A model generated the notes under the pieces. That model ran no database searches. It saw only the letters and a program-made list of their open reading frames with translations, and was not told the DNA's origin. DNA of 63,422 nucleotides, filler included, from Stramenopiles sp. TOSAG23-2 (taxonomy: Eukaryota), in the NCBI GenBank assembly GCA_900128395.1. It is 4 parts of 4 records of this genome, joined end to end, with 100 filler letters (N's around TTAATTAATTAA, not from the genome) between each part and the next. Parts side by side here need not be neighbours in the genome. Positions count along the whole stretch, not along the records: positions 30,054 to 59,992 come from LT649386.1; 3 more parts are not named here. One strand, 5' to 3'. Position numbers and translations under genes: made by a program. Below are positions 40,447-52,471 of the stretch, in pieces (position 1 is the first letter of the stretch; each line of letters opens with the position of its first letter).

Positions 40447-42393
40447 ATGGCGTATGCAAGCTCACCAACAAATGTAGAACAAGGTGAAAATTGGATTACA
40501 AATTCTACAAATGTATTTACTTTTAAAGGGGATTATCGTGAACATTTACATATGGAAGATAATACTAAACCATTGTATTCAGGTCAATTAAAATTACCAC
40601 AATTGCCAGTAGCGGGATTGAAAGCCTCGTGTGAGACGTATTTAAAATCTGTACGTGCATTGGCAACTGATGAAGAATATGAACATACGAAAAAATGTGT
40701 TGAAGAATTTTTACAAAGTGGTGGCATGGGAGAAAAACTACATGAACGTTTATTAAAACGCAAAGATGAATATGGAAACAGTAGTTGGCTTCAACATTGG
40801 TGGAATACTGGAAGTTATTTAGAATTTCGCATGTCGAACGTTATCAATGTGAGCTATTTCTTTTCATTTGCGGATTTACCACAAGGATACCGTGATAATA
40901 ATATATTAAGAGCATCATTGCTGTCACATGGTGCACTTACATTTCGTCAAATGGTATGTAATGGGGAAGATGTAAATGCAAATGGTGCTGGTATTGGTCC
41001 TGGATGTGCTACTCCATATAAATATATGTTCAATGCATGTCGTGTCCCATTGCCAGGGATGGACAATGGAGTGCATTATTTACCAGATGGTGGGCCAGAA
41101 TGTCAAAATATTGTCGTCGTACGAAATGGGCAATTTTTTACGTTCCAAGCAAGCAAAGGACCTGAAGGAAATTATGAACCATTTTCAACTAGTTATTTAC
41201 GTGCACAATTCAAAACAATTATTGATATGGCTGGTGATGGCTGTCCAGAAAATGTTCCAGCAGTTGGAGCTATGTGTGGTGCAGATAGGGATGCATGGGC
41301 TAGTGCTAGGGCACGTATGGTGGCAGATCCGTCCAACCAAGAATTTTTAGATGCAGTACAAAGTGCCATTTTCTGCGTATGCTTAGATAGCAGCGCCCCA
41401 GTGACACGAACAGAAACGGCACGTGCATTATGGCATGGTGATTCCAAGGAAAGATGGTATGATAAATCTGTACAAATTATTGTATTTGAAAATGGTAAAG
41501 CTGGATTAATGGGTGAACATTCCAATTATGATGGTCAACCAGCTGTTGGCTTATCGGATTTCTTATTGACGCATGAAAGAGAGAAATTAACTGTATTTGA
41601 AAATGCAAATCCACAAGAAAAAGTTGCTGAATTTGCTTCTAATGGTGGAATACCACCAAGAAATATCAGTACATTGTTAAATTTTGATATGGCAATGAAC
41701 TGGGATTTAAACAATGCAATTGCAGAATTTACACAAACAATTGAAAAACATGATTTAACTGTCTTGCCATTTTATGGTTGTGGTAAAACTATCATTAAAT
41801 CGTTCAAATGTTCCCCTGATGCATTTGCGCAAATGGCAATTCAAATAGCATATAAGCGTATGTTTGGTGAATGCCGTGCAACATATGAACCATTTTCTAT
41901 GCGTGCATATCGTCATGGAAGAACTGAAACTATACGTTCCGTATCTGTTGATTCTCAACATATGTGTGATGTTATGGATGATCGTACTAAATCTGCAGCA
42001 GAACGTGCAGAGGCTATTCGTACAGCATGTTCTGCACATGGTGCATATATTAAAAATGCAGCAAGTGGCAATGCATGCGATCGTCATTTGATGGGCTTAA
42101 GTATGTTGGTTGGCAATAATGAGAAAACACCAAGTATTTTCACAGATCCATTGTATTGGAAAAGTAAAACTTGGCATTTATCAACTAGTAATTTAAGTCA
42201 TGAATTGTTTGATGGATGGGGATGGGGTGAAGTAGTTTCTGATGGCCTTGGTATTGCATATAGTACAAATCAGGATATGTTATTGTATAATGTAACAAGT
42301 GCACGTGGATTTACAGCACAATTTTGTCAACATTTGGAAAACGCTTTAAGAGATATGATGAGTACAATGATGGCTGCAGAAAGTAAATTGTAA
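40447..42393 (+). CDS. Carnitine O-acyltransferase (CrAT-like), peroxisomal
   Basis: LPQLPV..L, SWLQHWW...YL, RWYDKS, catalytic GEHSNYDG, SPDAFAQMAIQ.A, TYE...R.YRHGRTETIRS, DRHLMGL, LSTS. Ends in the PTS1 signal -SKL. Confidence 0.93.
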   Translation: MAYASSPTNVEQGENWITNSTNVFTFKGDYREHLHMEDNTKPLYSGQLKLPQLPVAGLKASCETYLKSVRALATDEEYEHTKKCVEEFLQSGGMGEKLHERLLKRKDEYGNSSWLQHWWNTGSYLEFRMSNVINVSYFFSFADLPQGYRDNNILRASLLSHGALTFRQMVCNGEDVNANGAGIGPGCATPYKYMFNACRVPLPGMDNGVHYLPDGGPECQNIVVVRNGQFFTFQASKGPEGNYEPFSTSYLRAQFKTIIDMAGDGCPENVPAVGAMCGADRDAWASARARMVADPSNQEFLDAVQSAIFCVCLDSSAPVTRTETARALWHGDSKERWYDKSVQIIVFENGKAGLMGEHSNYDGQPAVGLSDFLLTHEREKLTVFENANPQEKVAEFASNGGIPPRNISTLLNFDMAMNWDLNNAIAEFTQTIEKHDLTVLPFYGCGKTIIKSFKCSPDAFAQMAIQIAYKRMFGECRATYEPFSMRAYRHGRTETIRSVSVDSQHMCDVMDDRTKSAAERAEAIRTACSAHGAYIKNAASGNACDRHLMGLSMLVGNNEKTPSIFTDPLYWKSKTWHLSTSNLSHELFDGWGWGEVVSDGLGIAYSTNQDMLLYNVTSARGFTAQFCQHLENALRDMMSTMMAAESKL

Positions 42394-42540
42394 ACAAGAA
42401 AAAAGCATTTTTATATACTCGTAATAAGGCTCTACATTTTATTTGTTGTTGTAAAAAATAATACGATCGTATTTTTTAATTTTTTATATAATATATAATA
42501 AATAAAAAAAAATACAAAAAATACGCGCTCGTATAAATTT

Positions 42541-43125
42541 TTACTTCTCTTCTTTGGTAGACTCCTGTTGTAACGCATCAGCATCATTATCACCAACAGT
42601 TTGTGCATCCATAGTTTCTTTTTGTTCTTCTCCTGATTCTGTTGCTTCATGCTTCAAAGCTTTATTTAACAAACTACCTTCGAGAGCATAACTTGCATTT
42701 CTTTCCATATCTTCCCTTGATATTCTAGGAGATTCATCAACATCAAATTTTAAATTAGTAGGTACACGAACAACTTCTGTTCTTTTTTTAATATCATAAT
42801 CCTCGTCGCTAACGTCATTACCTAGTTTTTGACGTACATCTGCTGGCCAGGAATTAGCTGGTGGACGAGGTAGAGGAGGCAAACCACGGTCAGCTTGCAC
42901 AAAGCTCCTTGGGGCTGGGCGAAAAAACCTTTTGTTTGATTTAACAATAGGTGCCAATGGTAATGGTGGTGCATCACGTCTATCAGGTGGATTTTCTATT
43001 GGTGGTTCCGGTATTACATTTGGTTCCATAGACAATACTTTATATTCCATTAAATATATTGACAATATGACAGATATGAAAAACAAAAATCTCATGGTAT
43101 TATTATACATCATTCTGTTCCCCAT
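42541..43125 (-). CDS. Small secreted or signal-anchored Pro-rich protein of unknown function
   Basis: 194-aa ORF with an N-terminal hydrophobic segment, then a Pro-rich region and acidic tail. Confidence 0.6.
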   Translation of the reverse strand: MGNRMMYNNTMRFLFFISVILSIYLMEYKVLSMEPNVIPEPPIENPPDRRDAPPLPLAPIVKSNKRFFRPAPRSFVQADRGLPPLPRPPANSWPADVRQKLGNDVSDEDYDIKKRTEVVRVPTNLKFDVDESPRISREDMERNASYALEGSLLNKALKHEATESGEEQKETMDAQTVGDNDADALQQESTKEEK

Positions 43126-43644
43126 TCTTTTTATCTTCTACACAGTCTACTCCAGTATATGTAAAAATATATTATCGAAGTACAGATTGTTCTAACAATG
43201 TCCACGACTATCTTCTATTATGTTTCATTCTGTTTCACTGTATCTCTACCATTATTTATTATTTTTACTAATGCACTAATTATAATTTAACATCAAAAAC
43301 ACCAAACGCTCTCCTTCCCCCGTTTTGTGTGTCTTATTAATTCCTCAATGCATGTACCAGGTCTATAGCATTATGGGAATACATGGGAACATTATTCGGA
43401 GATGTACACTCATAGGTACAAAGAAGATGAAAGTATACCATAATTAAATATACAAGTACAATATATGAAGGTGGAAAGAGTAAAATGGAAATGGAAAATG
43501 GAGAGATTTAGATTGTGTAGCGAATGATGTATATAGGTATAGAAACAAGATGAAGTATACCAATTAATTATACTATTGTTGTTAAATACTGTATAATAAA
43601 TTAAGATAATCTCTCACACACTTTTTTCCTTCCTTTTTCATAAT

Positions 43645-44835
43645 TTATTCAACTTTCAATGGTGCTTGTGCTTTAGCTTTACGTGGTCCCATGAATCTGT
43701 CTTTCTCAGCAAATGTTTGGAAACGACCATGGCCAAATTTAGAACTAGTATCAATGAATTTAATAAGACTTGGTACATCCTCCAATGCTTTCTTACTGGT
43801 ATGTTCCAATAATGATTTACGTAATGTAACTACACGTTTTTTAGGTCCAGTTACACCACCTTTAAGCATGATCCAATCCTCGTTAACAACACCGTAATGT
43901 GGGAAACCACCCATTGGTGTGATAGTTTTTGCAGTTAAATCTTGTTCAGTGGAACATGATTTGTCATCACCAGCTTTACCGATTCTGTAAACTTTCTTGT
44001 TAATCTCGGTACGATGATGGTAACCACGTTGACCAGCACGTCCAACATGCATACGTAAGCGACTTGGATGCCATGCACCAATACATGCTACTTTACGTAA
44101 ACCTTTGTGTGTTTTACGTGGTAAACGTGTTACACCCCAACGGGTAACAACACCTTCAAAACCATGACCTTTGTTCAATGCTGCGGTGTCAATCATTTCG
44201 TTTTCTTGGAAAACGGATGACAATGGTACATTTTTCTCAAATAAACCAGTTGCGAAGTCAACTTTAGCTGCTACGTCCCCACCGTTGATTTGGATTTCCA
44301 TTAAATGTGCTTTCTTTTGACGCAATTTAATTTTTTTAATTTGTGTATGTGCAAGAACACGTACAACAGTGCAATGGTCTTTGATGCGTTGAAGCTCGGT
44401 ATCGGTATTTTTGGTTTCCTCTGCAGCTTTTTTCGAATATTTGGTAAATGCTTTTTGTTTGCTTTGGCACCAGTTTTTGTAAAAGCGACGACGGCATTCT
44501 TCAGATAAATGTTGTGCCCATACAGTGGTTACGGTACGTAAACCATCAACAGTTTCTTTGTAACCAACAACACCTACAACAACCATAGGTGGAGCCTCAA
44601 GGACGGTAACAGCCTCAACAACTTCTTTTTTGTGGATTTTTGCACCTGGTCTGTCAACATCACGCATGATATGTGTCATACCTGCTTTGTATGCCATGAA
44701 AGCGGTCAAATGTGGCGCTTTGGATGCATCATCTCTTGGGAAAGATCTTACACGACCTTGATGACGTCTTGAACGTTTACGTGGTAAGAAACCAAGGGAA
44801 CCGTGGCGTGGTGCTTCGAATTTACGATGAGACAT
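43645..44835 (-). CDS. RPL3: 60S ribosomal protein L3 (uL3)
   Basis: [54 protein letters not shown]. Confidence 0.99.
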   Translation of the reverse strand: MSHRKFEAPRHGSLGFLPRKRSRRHQGRVRSFPRDDASKAPHLTAFMAYKAGMTHIMRDVDRPGAKIHKKEVVEAVTVLEAPPMVVVGVVGYKETVDGLRTVTTVWAQHLSEECRRRFYKNWCQSKQKAFTKYSKKAAEETKNTDTELQRIKDHCTVVRVLAHTQIKKIKLRQKKAHLMEIQINGGDVAAKVDFATGLFEKNVPLSSVFQENEMIDTAALNKGHGFEGVVTRWGVTRLPRKTHKGLRKVACIGAWHPSRLRMHVGRAGQRGYHHRTEINKKVYRIGKAGDDKSCSTEQDLTAKTITPMGGFPHYGVVNEDWIMLKGGVTGPKKRVVTLRKSLLEHTSKKALEDVPSLIKFIDTSSKFGHGRFQTFAEKDRFMGPRKAKAQAPLKVE

Positions 44836-44988
44836 GTTTTAGTTAATTAAATTTTGTTTTTATTGTTTGTTTTGATTATTATAATATAAGAAACCAAGGG
44901 AACCGTGGCGTGGTGCTTCGAATTTACGATGAGACATGTTTTAGTTAATTAAATTTTGTTTTTATTGTTTGTTTTGATTATTATAATA
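44785..44988. repeat. 102-bp exact tandem duplication spanning the RPL3 start codon
   Basis: 44785-44886 is repeated at 44887-44988. Confidence 0.9.
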
Positions 44989-45581
44989 AACTTTAATATA
45001 TATATATATATCGGTATGGATATCATATGATGTAGTTATGTATTTCTGTATGGAGTTTGTTATCTTTATTTTCAATACTATGTAATGTTATTTTGATGTT
45101 GCTAATATCTAATATTTTATTTTCTATGTGATGAGAAGAAAATTGACTGGTTTTGGTGGGGTGTGAAGAATTAATATTGAAATAGCATTGATAAAATCAA
45201 TATCTCTAATATGGACATATAGGCTTGATAAAATCAATGCTATGCACTCTAACACTCTAACTCGAAACATCTCGGGCCATTTCGCCTATGGAAGTTAAGT
45301 ATAATTTTATGTAGTCTTATCTTTACTATAGACATAGCAAAGAAAAGACAGACAGACAGACGAAGTGACCAATTTTATATTTGGTAGTAGTAGTGTTTTC
45401 TTATACTAACAAGTATAAGAAAGTGGGAAAGTATCAGATGTTTCAAGAGAGTATGAAGCATATCTCACCAGAAAGTTTTGAATGTAAGCTATAAGTACTG
45501 GCTTAGCTCCCACCAGGCCCACAGCAGGCCCAGCAGGCCTATAACTGGCAAGGAAAATCTGTCCAGGCCCAGAGTATACAC

Positions 45582-45789
45582 CAGGCCCACGCAAAAGATA
45601 TATTCTAGCATATTTTAATTTATACTATTCTAGAACATGTATTATAGATATATACACCTATATGTATATTCAGAACATATATATACAGGCCCACGCAAAA
45701 GATATATTCTAGCATATTTTAATTTATACTATTCTAGAACATGTATTATAGATATATACACCTATATGTATATTCAGAACATATATATA
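45582..45789. repeat. 104-bp exact tandem duplication, intergenic
   Basis: 45582-45685 is repeated at 45686-45789. Confidence 0.9.
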
Positions 45790-45823
45790 TATATTCGAGG
45801 TCAACAGCAGGATATTCATAATC

Positions 45824-48718
45824 ATGAGACGATCCTCAAAATTACCCACTACATCGTCCTCCTCCTCTCGTACTTCTTCTTCATCGTCATCTAGTAGTAC
45901 GAGAAGGACAACCAGAACAACATCGGCATCAGCATCATCATTGCCAAAAACTTCAGCGGCAAAAAGAACTGGTTTACGTGTGCCGCGTGTATCGTTACGA
46001 AGTTCAGCGAAAAAAATTATGAGAAAAACATCTAGTTTACGTGCTATAAAACAGCGAAGCAGTAATAGTAAAAGTAGTAAAGATAAAAGTGCAAAAAGTG
46101 CAAAAAGCATTACCGGTAGAAAAAGCTTACGTAATAATAATAATAATAATAGTAATAATAGTAATAATAATAAAAATAATAGTAATAAAAGCAATAACCG
46201 TCTCACCAATAATAAACCCAGTAAATTACGTTTAAGTTCAACAAATAATTCAAATAAAAATCAAAAACAAAATGGTGATGGGAGTAATGTCTCTTCGTCG
46301 TTGCTTTCACCAACATCAAATAGTAGCAGTCCAAAAAATCTAAGTCCAAAATTAGTCAATGCAAGAGATAATGCATTGACGCAAATACAAGAATTACAAC
46401 GTTCTCTTCGTCAAAAAGAAGAAGAAGAAGCTGTGCTTAAAATTAAAAATGGTACAAAAATCGTTGGAGATGGTGAAGATGTGGATGAAGAGGAACCTCA
46501 AGAACAAGAGCAACATCGTCCAATCAGTAATGCGCCAGTAATAGTGATTGATGATTTTATGATTGAAGAATCTGATGATAATGTTAATGAAAAAAAAAAC
46601 AATAACAATCATGATAACAACAACAAAAATAATAATAATAATAATAATAATAACACAAAGGCAATAGATGAAGATTTTATTCGAAAAACATTACTAGATC
46701 CAGAGTTAAAATTAAGCAATACTATTCACAAAACACCACGTGCTTTGATTACAGCTTTAACAAGTCGTGTAAAATTATTAGAAGCGACAAATAATAATAA
46801 TAAAACGCTAAAGACAAATTTAAATCAAGCATTTGAATCTACATTACCAAATAATAATAATAATAATAATAATAATAGTAATAATAATGATGTAAATAAT
46901 GACAACAATAATGAAACAATTAATTTTTTAAAATCTCAAATGAAAGATTTTGAATTGGCATTAGAAGAAAAGAAAAAGCAAGTAAATGCTTTAATGAAAG
47001 TTCAAGAAAACAACCAAAACATGGTTACATCAGAGAGAAATATTAATCATGAAAAAGAGATTGAATTGTTTAATTTACGTGCTCAAGTCTCTGAATTACG
47101 AGTGGAATTACGTACAGCAAAGAAAGAGACGGATCATATTAAACGAATAAGTGACAAAACAATAGAGGAAACCGAGAAAAGGACACGGGAATCTATTTTG
47201 AAATCGACGGAGTCGCATGCGAAGCTTGTTGACAGAACGTTAAAAAAGCATGAAGAGAAACATGATGAATTAGAGTTAATGAAATTAAAGTACAAGACTG
47301 AAATAGCAAGTTTAAATGCAGAATTAAAAACGGCACAGGATATAGCAAAGGAATCCACAACTACTTTACGTAGACATCTCGATTTAGCACTTACTGCAGA
47401 TGAAGAATTAAGAGAGACACATGCTGAAGCAAAAACGTTACGGGAACAGGTAAGGCAATTGGATGAAAAATTATCGGAAGCAGAGCGAATTAAAAGAAAA
47501 GTGGAAAGTGAAGCAATGGTAACAATTGCTGAATTAGCAGCTTTACGGGAAGAAGTTATTATCAATAGGAAAAAACATATTGATAAAATGTTAGGAAATG
47601 TAAAATTGGAAAATTCAAGCATGAAGCAACAATTTATTGATTTGCAACATGAGAAAGATGCGATAGAGGAACGTGAAATGAGGTTACAAGATCATTGCGA
47701 AGCCGTACAAGAAGAGTTGAATAATTACAAAGGGCGCATCTCGCGATTAGAGTCTAAATACACGCTGTTGCATAAAGATTATAAGCATTCATTGGCTGAA
47801 AATCGGCGTATAAAGAAAGAAATGAAAGATTCAAAAAAAGCGTTTCCAAATAGTGGTACAGGTATTAATCGCAGTTCAGCATTTTTGAAAAATATGAAAT
47901 TTGCAGAAAGTGCTACCTCGTTGAATCGTGGTCTTTATAGTTTTCCTTCTGCCTCATCTACAGCAGATGAAAAACTTGAGAATTTTTCAGAAAGAGGCGA
48001 TATAGAAGTTAATTCGGCAAAGGATATTTCTATTTTATCTAAGCAACAGAATGGCAATACTGATTTCAACGCACGAGCAGCTGCTGTAGCAGGGAAAAAA
48101 AATTACAATGCCGCTCAAAAGGCTGCTGAATTGATTAATTACCCTAAAATTTCGTCGAAAAAGAATCGCCATGGAACAACAAAACCAGTCCAAGCATGGC
48201 GTCCTGGTGGAAATGCAAAACCACCTCGGAAAATCAAAAGCAATAAATCCGTATTATCGCCGCCACAATTTGATAAAGATGCTTATTATAATTCTAATTC
48301 ATCACAGTCGGGTAATAGTAATGGGCGTTACAAGCTTCCTGTTCAGAAACCATGGGAACCAAAACGGGTTGTCAGGAGGAATATTCTCAAAAGTAATAAC
48401 AATAAATCAATACCAAATGGCCAAAAGAGTATGAAATCACCAAAACAAAAAACACCAGTAGTAGCAGTTTCATTGGATGATTCTACTGATGATGGTGGGA
48501 AATTTGCTGCTGTTGATATTGTTGACATTAATGTAGCATGGGATGGTGATAATGCCATAGACGATGCCAATGGTAGTGATAAGGAAATTATAAACAAGCA
48601 TGCTAAAATTGCCTCCATAGATTTTAAAGAAAAGAATGTTCATAGAAGTAAATTAGATGAGCTTGCGCAAGTACTTGAAACTTTAAGAAGTAGTCCAACT
48701 AGCCCTAACACCATTTAA
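45824..48718 (+). CDS. Coiled-coil protein with a basic Ser-rich N-terminus and poly-Asn tracts
   Basis: 964-aa ORF with a central ~300-aa heptad region. Confidence 0.65.
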   Translation: MRRSSKLPTTSSSSSRTSSSSSSSSTRRTTRTTSASASSLPKTSAAKRTGLRVPRVSLRSSAKKIMRKTSSLRAIKQRSSNSKSSKDKSAKSAKSITGRKSLRNNNNNNSNNSNNNKNNSNKSNNRLTNNKPSKLRLSSTNNSNKNQKQNGDGSNVSSSLLSPTSNSSSPKNLSPKLVNARDNALTQIQELQRSLRQKEEEEAVLKIKNGTKIVGDGEDVDEEEPQEQEQHRPISNAPVIVIDDFMIEESDDNVNEKKNNNNHDNNNKNNNNNNNNNTKAIDEDFIRKTLLDPELKLSNTIHKTPRALITALTSRVKLLEATNNNNKTLKTNLNQAFESTLPNNNNNNNNNSNNNDVNNDNNNETINFLKSQMKDFELALEEKKKQVNALMKVQENNQNMVTSERNINHEKEIELFNLRAQVSELRVELRTAKKETDHIKRISDKTIEETEKRTRESILKSTESHAKLVDRTLKKHEEKHDELELMKLKYKTEIASLNAELKTAQDIAKESTTTLRRHLDLALTADEELRETHAEAKTLREQVRQLDEKLSEAERIKRKVESEAMVTIAELAALREEVIINRKKHIDKMLGNVKLENSSMKQQFIDLQHEKDAIEEREMRLQDHCEAVQEELNNYKGRISRLESKYTLLHKDYKHSLAENRRIKKEMKDSKKAFPNSGTGINRSSAFLKNMKFAESATSLNRGLYSFPSASSTADEKLENFSERGDIEVNSAKDISILSKQQNGNTDFNARAAAVAGKKNYNAAQKAAELINYPKISSKKNRHGTTKPVQAWRPGGNAKPPRKIKSNKSVLSPPQFDKDAYYNSNSSQSGNSNGRYKLPVQKPWEPKRVVRRNILKSNNNKSIPNGQKSMKSPKQKTPVVAVSLDDSTDDGGKFAAVDIVDINVAWDGDNAIDDANGSDKEIINKHAKIASIDFKEKNVHRSKLDELAQVLETLRSSPTSPNTI

Positions 48719-48938
48719 GAGAGTAGGATTTTATTAAAGTTATATAAAAAAATATACGTAACGTATCATAATATTATAAATTACGAAAAAATATAAAATA
48801 CTCGTAATTATTCGTAACTTTTTTTATATAAAATGTAGGGTGTTTTAAACACATCATGTTATGATACACATTTTTTTTTTACGTTTTCTTCTCGTTTTTG
48901 TGTTGTGTTTTTTTTTCTTTTTTTCGCTTTGTCAATTT

Positions 48939-51900
48939 TTACAGAGCACCACTGTGATAACGTACATATGGCAAATCTACATCATCGTCATCTTCATCAA
49001 CTGCACAAACTTCAAAATTAATATAAGTATCACGTGCATCCAAATCCCGTTTCAACACAAATTTGGATACAATTTCTTCCAAAGGCATTTCCCCGCGTTC
49101 TTTCCTTTTTGCTGGAGGGAAGAAAAATGAATATACTATTGTAACACCACATGAAAGCATGTTGATTTCACATTGGTATTCCTCTTCAATATGTTTAATA
49201 AAGTCATTCAATGTCATATTTGGGCCTTCCACATCAATACGATCCCAGATGGACCAATTCCACTCGCCGTTTTTCGTCTCAACTTCCGTTGTTTTCACGC
49301 CAACTGGTTCTGAAAATGCAAATAATGGCAAAGCAAGGTTGACAAATGCATTTTTAAAATCTTCCAATTTTTTATCTTGAACAATTTTATAAAGTTCTAA
49401 ACATACAAGTCCAGTTACAGTTGCGGTAGTAGTTGCTAATGCTGGAATAATTTTACCAGCGATTAATTTTGTCTTAAATTTATCAGCAGGTTCAATTGCA
49501 TAATTAATAGCGCGCAAATTTGAACATGCTGTTATAAAGTCAATGTGAAAATTTGTATCATCATCTTTTTCAAATTCACAAGGGTTCATACGATAACCAG
49601 CAAGTTCAGATGGATTTGGCAATCCAGCAATGATTTCATTTGCAACTTTGTCCGTATCAACCATGCCACTGTTATTGCCGCCATCTTTCATTTCCTCAGC
49701 CTCTTTTTCATTTGCAGCAATTTTCACACCTTCTTTAGGTCTAAATGCTGGTACTGATACACTATATAAAACTTTTAAATATTTTTCAACATCGCGTGTA
49801 CCATTGATACCATAGTTGAAAGCGCGTAGATTAGCTGTTGCGACAATGAAAGCCATGTGTTGTTCATTGTCTGGTGAAAATGATAAAGGCGTCGGGGCCC
49901 GCTTATGCCCAGACCAAAATGGCTGGCCCGACGATGTTTGCATGGTGGTTGGAAAATTATGCAACAATTGTTTTGGATTGTTTGCGAAAAGATCTTCAAA
50001 CTTTAATCGTGCCCATTCAATGCATTGTTCAAACGTCGTTGGACGTTCTGAGACAAGACTTGAATGCAAACGTTGTAAGATATCCAATTTAACATTCTGT
50101 TGGCTTTCCAATGATTTTAAAAACGCAGCATTGTTACCTAGGTATTGGTTTGCATCATCAGATGCTTGCGTAAACGTTCCTTCAAAAAAATCTCTCGCCC
50201 ATTGTATCGTATGTTCAATTTGATATGGGAAATTTTTTAATGTACAAATTGGAATACTTTTCTCTGGGGGATCTCTTGATGCGCCATAATTTTCAGTTTT
50301 GTATGGTAGTACTAATTGCGTATTGCCCTTTGTTCCCAATGTACCACTTTCAAGCATTGGCTTGCGATAATACAAACAACGTTGATCAACATACAAGCGT
50401 GCTTCTACATTGTCAAGCGCCGTACAAACGCCACTCAAGGAGTTGAAAAATGCATCTCCAAATGTACCCTCTGTTTCCGGAGCTACTTTGTCCTCATACG
50501 ATTTAACATTCATTCCAGGATTCATTGCCATAGCTGCTAGTGCAGCCGTAGTTGATTTAGCACAACCAACATCTTTTGGACGAAAGAGAAATTGTCTATT
50601 TAAATTAGATTTTTCGATCGTATCCATATCAGTTAAATGAACTGTGGCTTTCCCGCTTGTTGCGACTCCCATTAATGCCCAATTTTTTAACATTTCGCAA
50701 CCAATGGCACCAGACCCGACTAAAAAGTAACTTAAATCTCTTAATTTAGCAACAAATGAACGTCCGAAAACAGCAATTTGCCCATCGTAACGATTACCTT
50801 CCGGTTCGTATTCTTTTGGTGCAAGTGGCCATTCTGCAGGCAAACATTCAATCGCATCAAAGTAAAACCATTGATTAATTGGCATAAATTTACCAGAACA
50901 TGCTTTCATAATTTCCTGACCGACAATTCCTCCCATAGCAGCTGCCATTGGTGATAGATCACCAGTTGAACCCATAGCGAATTGTCTTAATACTTTTTTC
51001 CATGTCTTCTCTGCATCTTCACCTGTTGGAAGATCAACTTTGAAATGATCATCCTTTGCATTTTTATTAATTTCCACAGCAAGTTGTACAAAACGTTCAG
51101 CATCTTCTGCATTTCCTGGTCTTGGCAAAGGGAATCCAAATTCACCTAATGCGCGGAAAGCTAAATGCAAAAGTGGTGGTCGATCAAATTTACCAAAATC
51201 ACTCATTAAAAATTCACCTGGTTGTACCAATGATTCTTGCAAGCTTTTGAATGTGTGTTTCGACGGCATTTTAACTTGATTGGCAAGGCCACCACGTTCA
51301 TATGCATTCATTCCCATTGTGGAACCAATTGTGAACGTATATGGACTTTTCACAGTAACACGTCTCGGTTCACAGCCATTTAATTCCGTAAGACCTTTTA
51401 TTTCAGTAAAGGTTACATAATCACCTGTCTCTAAATTATGCCTTGCATCGTCTGACACTGTGACTAATGCATCTTCAACATTTGCTTCGATAGATGTTAC
51501 CATACATGAGGATGGATTTTCCCCGTTTTTATCATACACCGTGAAATCTTCACCAAAGTCACAAAAAATACTTGCAAACAAACCACGTGTATCTGCTTGT
51601 ATATAACCAATATCATTAGCATGGCATATTGCATTGACTTTCATTTGATCTTGTAATGTAGAATCTGTCATTACTACGCATCGAAAACTAGTTAAAAAAT
51701 CCTGATCTAACGCACCTGTGTGTACAGATACACGTACATAATTGTTTAACTCTGCAAGTTGTTGTAAGCAACATTCTGCACGTGGTTTGCCGACATCTGC
51801 TTTACCTAAATAAAAATGTGAACTTAAATCAGCAATTTCAGTAGCACGTGGATCGTACAAGGTGACCGATTTAACTCCAGCAAGGATGATATTCTTCGCT

Positions 51901-52064
51901 ATTTCGACACCTAGTCCTTTTAAGCCTACAAGCAAAACATTGGATTCCATCATTCTTCTTTGAGCAGCATGCCCCATAACATATAATTGACGTGAATATA
52001 AACTTTCATCAATTTCTTCTTCTTTTTTACTGCTAGTAGCATCTGTCATTACAACGTCAGACAT
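48939..52064 (-). CDS. UBA1: Ubiquitin-activating enzyme E1
   Basis: IDESLYSRQLYV, VGSGAIGCE, DMDTIEKSNLNRQFLFR, catalytic PICTLKNFP, FEKDDDTNFHIDF, C-terminal ubiquitin-fold domain. Confidence 0.98.
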   Translation of the reverse strand: MSDVVMTDATSSKKEEEIDESLYSRQLYVMGHAAQRRMMESNVLLVGLKGLGVEIAKNIILAGVKSVTLYDPRATEIADLSSHFYLGKADVGKPRAECCLQQLAELNNYVRVSVHTGALDQDFLTSFRCVVMTDSTLQDQMKVNAICHANDIGYIQADTRGLFASIFCDFGEDFTVYDKNGENPSSCMVTSIEANVEDALVTVSDDARHNLETGDYVTFTEIKGLTELNGCEPRRVTVKSPYTFTIGSTMGMNAYERGGLANQVKMPSKHTFKSLQESLVQPGEFLMSDFGKFDRPPLLHLAFRALGEFGFPLPRPGNAEDAERFVQLAVEINKNAKDDHFKVDLPTGEDAEKTWKKVLRQFAMGSTGDLSPMAAAMGGIVGQEIMKACSGKFMPINQWFYFDAIECLPAEWPLAPKEYEPEGNRYDGQIAVFGRSFVAKLRDLSYFLVGSGAIGCEMLKNWALMGVATSGKATVHLTDMDTIEKSNLNRQFLFRPKDVGCAKSTTAALAAMAMNPGMNVKSYEDKVAPETEGTFGDAFFNSLSGVCTALDNVEARLYVDQRCLYYRKPMLESGTLGTKGNTQLVLPYKTENYGASRDPPEKSIPICTLKNFPYQIEHTIQWARDFFEGTFTQASDDANQYLGNNAAFLKSLESQQNVKLDILQRLHSSLVSERPTTFEQCIEWARLKFEDLFANNPKQLLHNFPTTMQTSSGQPFWSGHKRAPTPLSFSPDNEQHMAFIVATANLRAFNYGINGTRDVEKYLKVLYSVSVPAFRPKEGVKIAANEKEAEEMKDGGNNSGMVDTDKVANEIIAGLPNPSELAGYRMNPCEFEKDDDTNFHIDFITACSNLRAINYAIEPADKFKTKLIAGKIIPALATTTATVTGLVCLELYKIVQDKKLEDFKNAFVNLALPLFAFSEPVGVKTTEVETKNGEWNWSIWDRIDVEGPNMTLNDFIKHIEEEYQCEINMLSCGVTIVYSFFFPPAKRKERGEMPLEEIVSKFVLKRDLDARDTYINFEVCAVDEDDDDVDLPYVRYHSGAL

Positions 52065-52471
52065 GTTATCTATCTATATTCTCCTTTGAGTACAATTATT
52101 GTTGTAAGATGTGAATTTGTTGTTGTTTTAATATGTTTTTATGACAATAATATTGTGAATATTGTCTTGTGATATGTATATGTGTGTGTGTGTGTATGTA
52201 TACATGTATCTCTCTTTGTATATAAAAATATTGATGTTCAAAAAGGTGTTAGTCAAATTTAAAAATTGAATTCATCTTCCATCCAGGTCTTCTTCATTTG
52301 TTGTGGTGAATTAGTTCAATTATAGAATTGATGGTATAAGAAAAAAAATGTTGATCCGTACTGGGCTAGGATGGGAATAGCATTACGGACATGTACATCT
52401 ATTGGTTCTTTTGTTATATCATACCATGGATTTGATGTCTATCAGGGATTAAAGCAATCCAATATCAAAAC

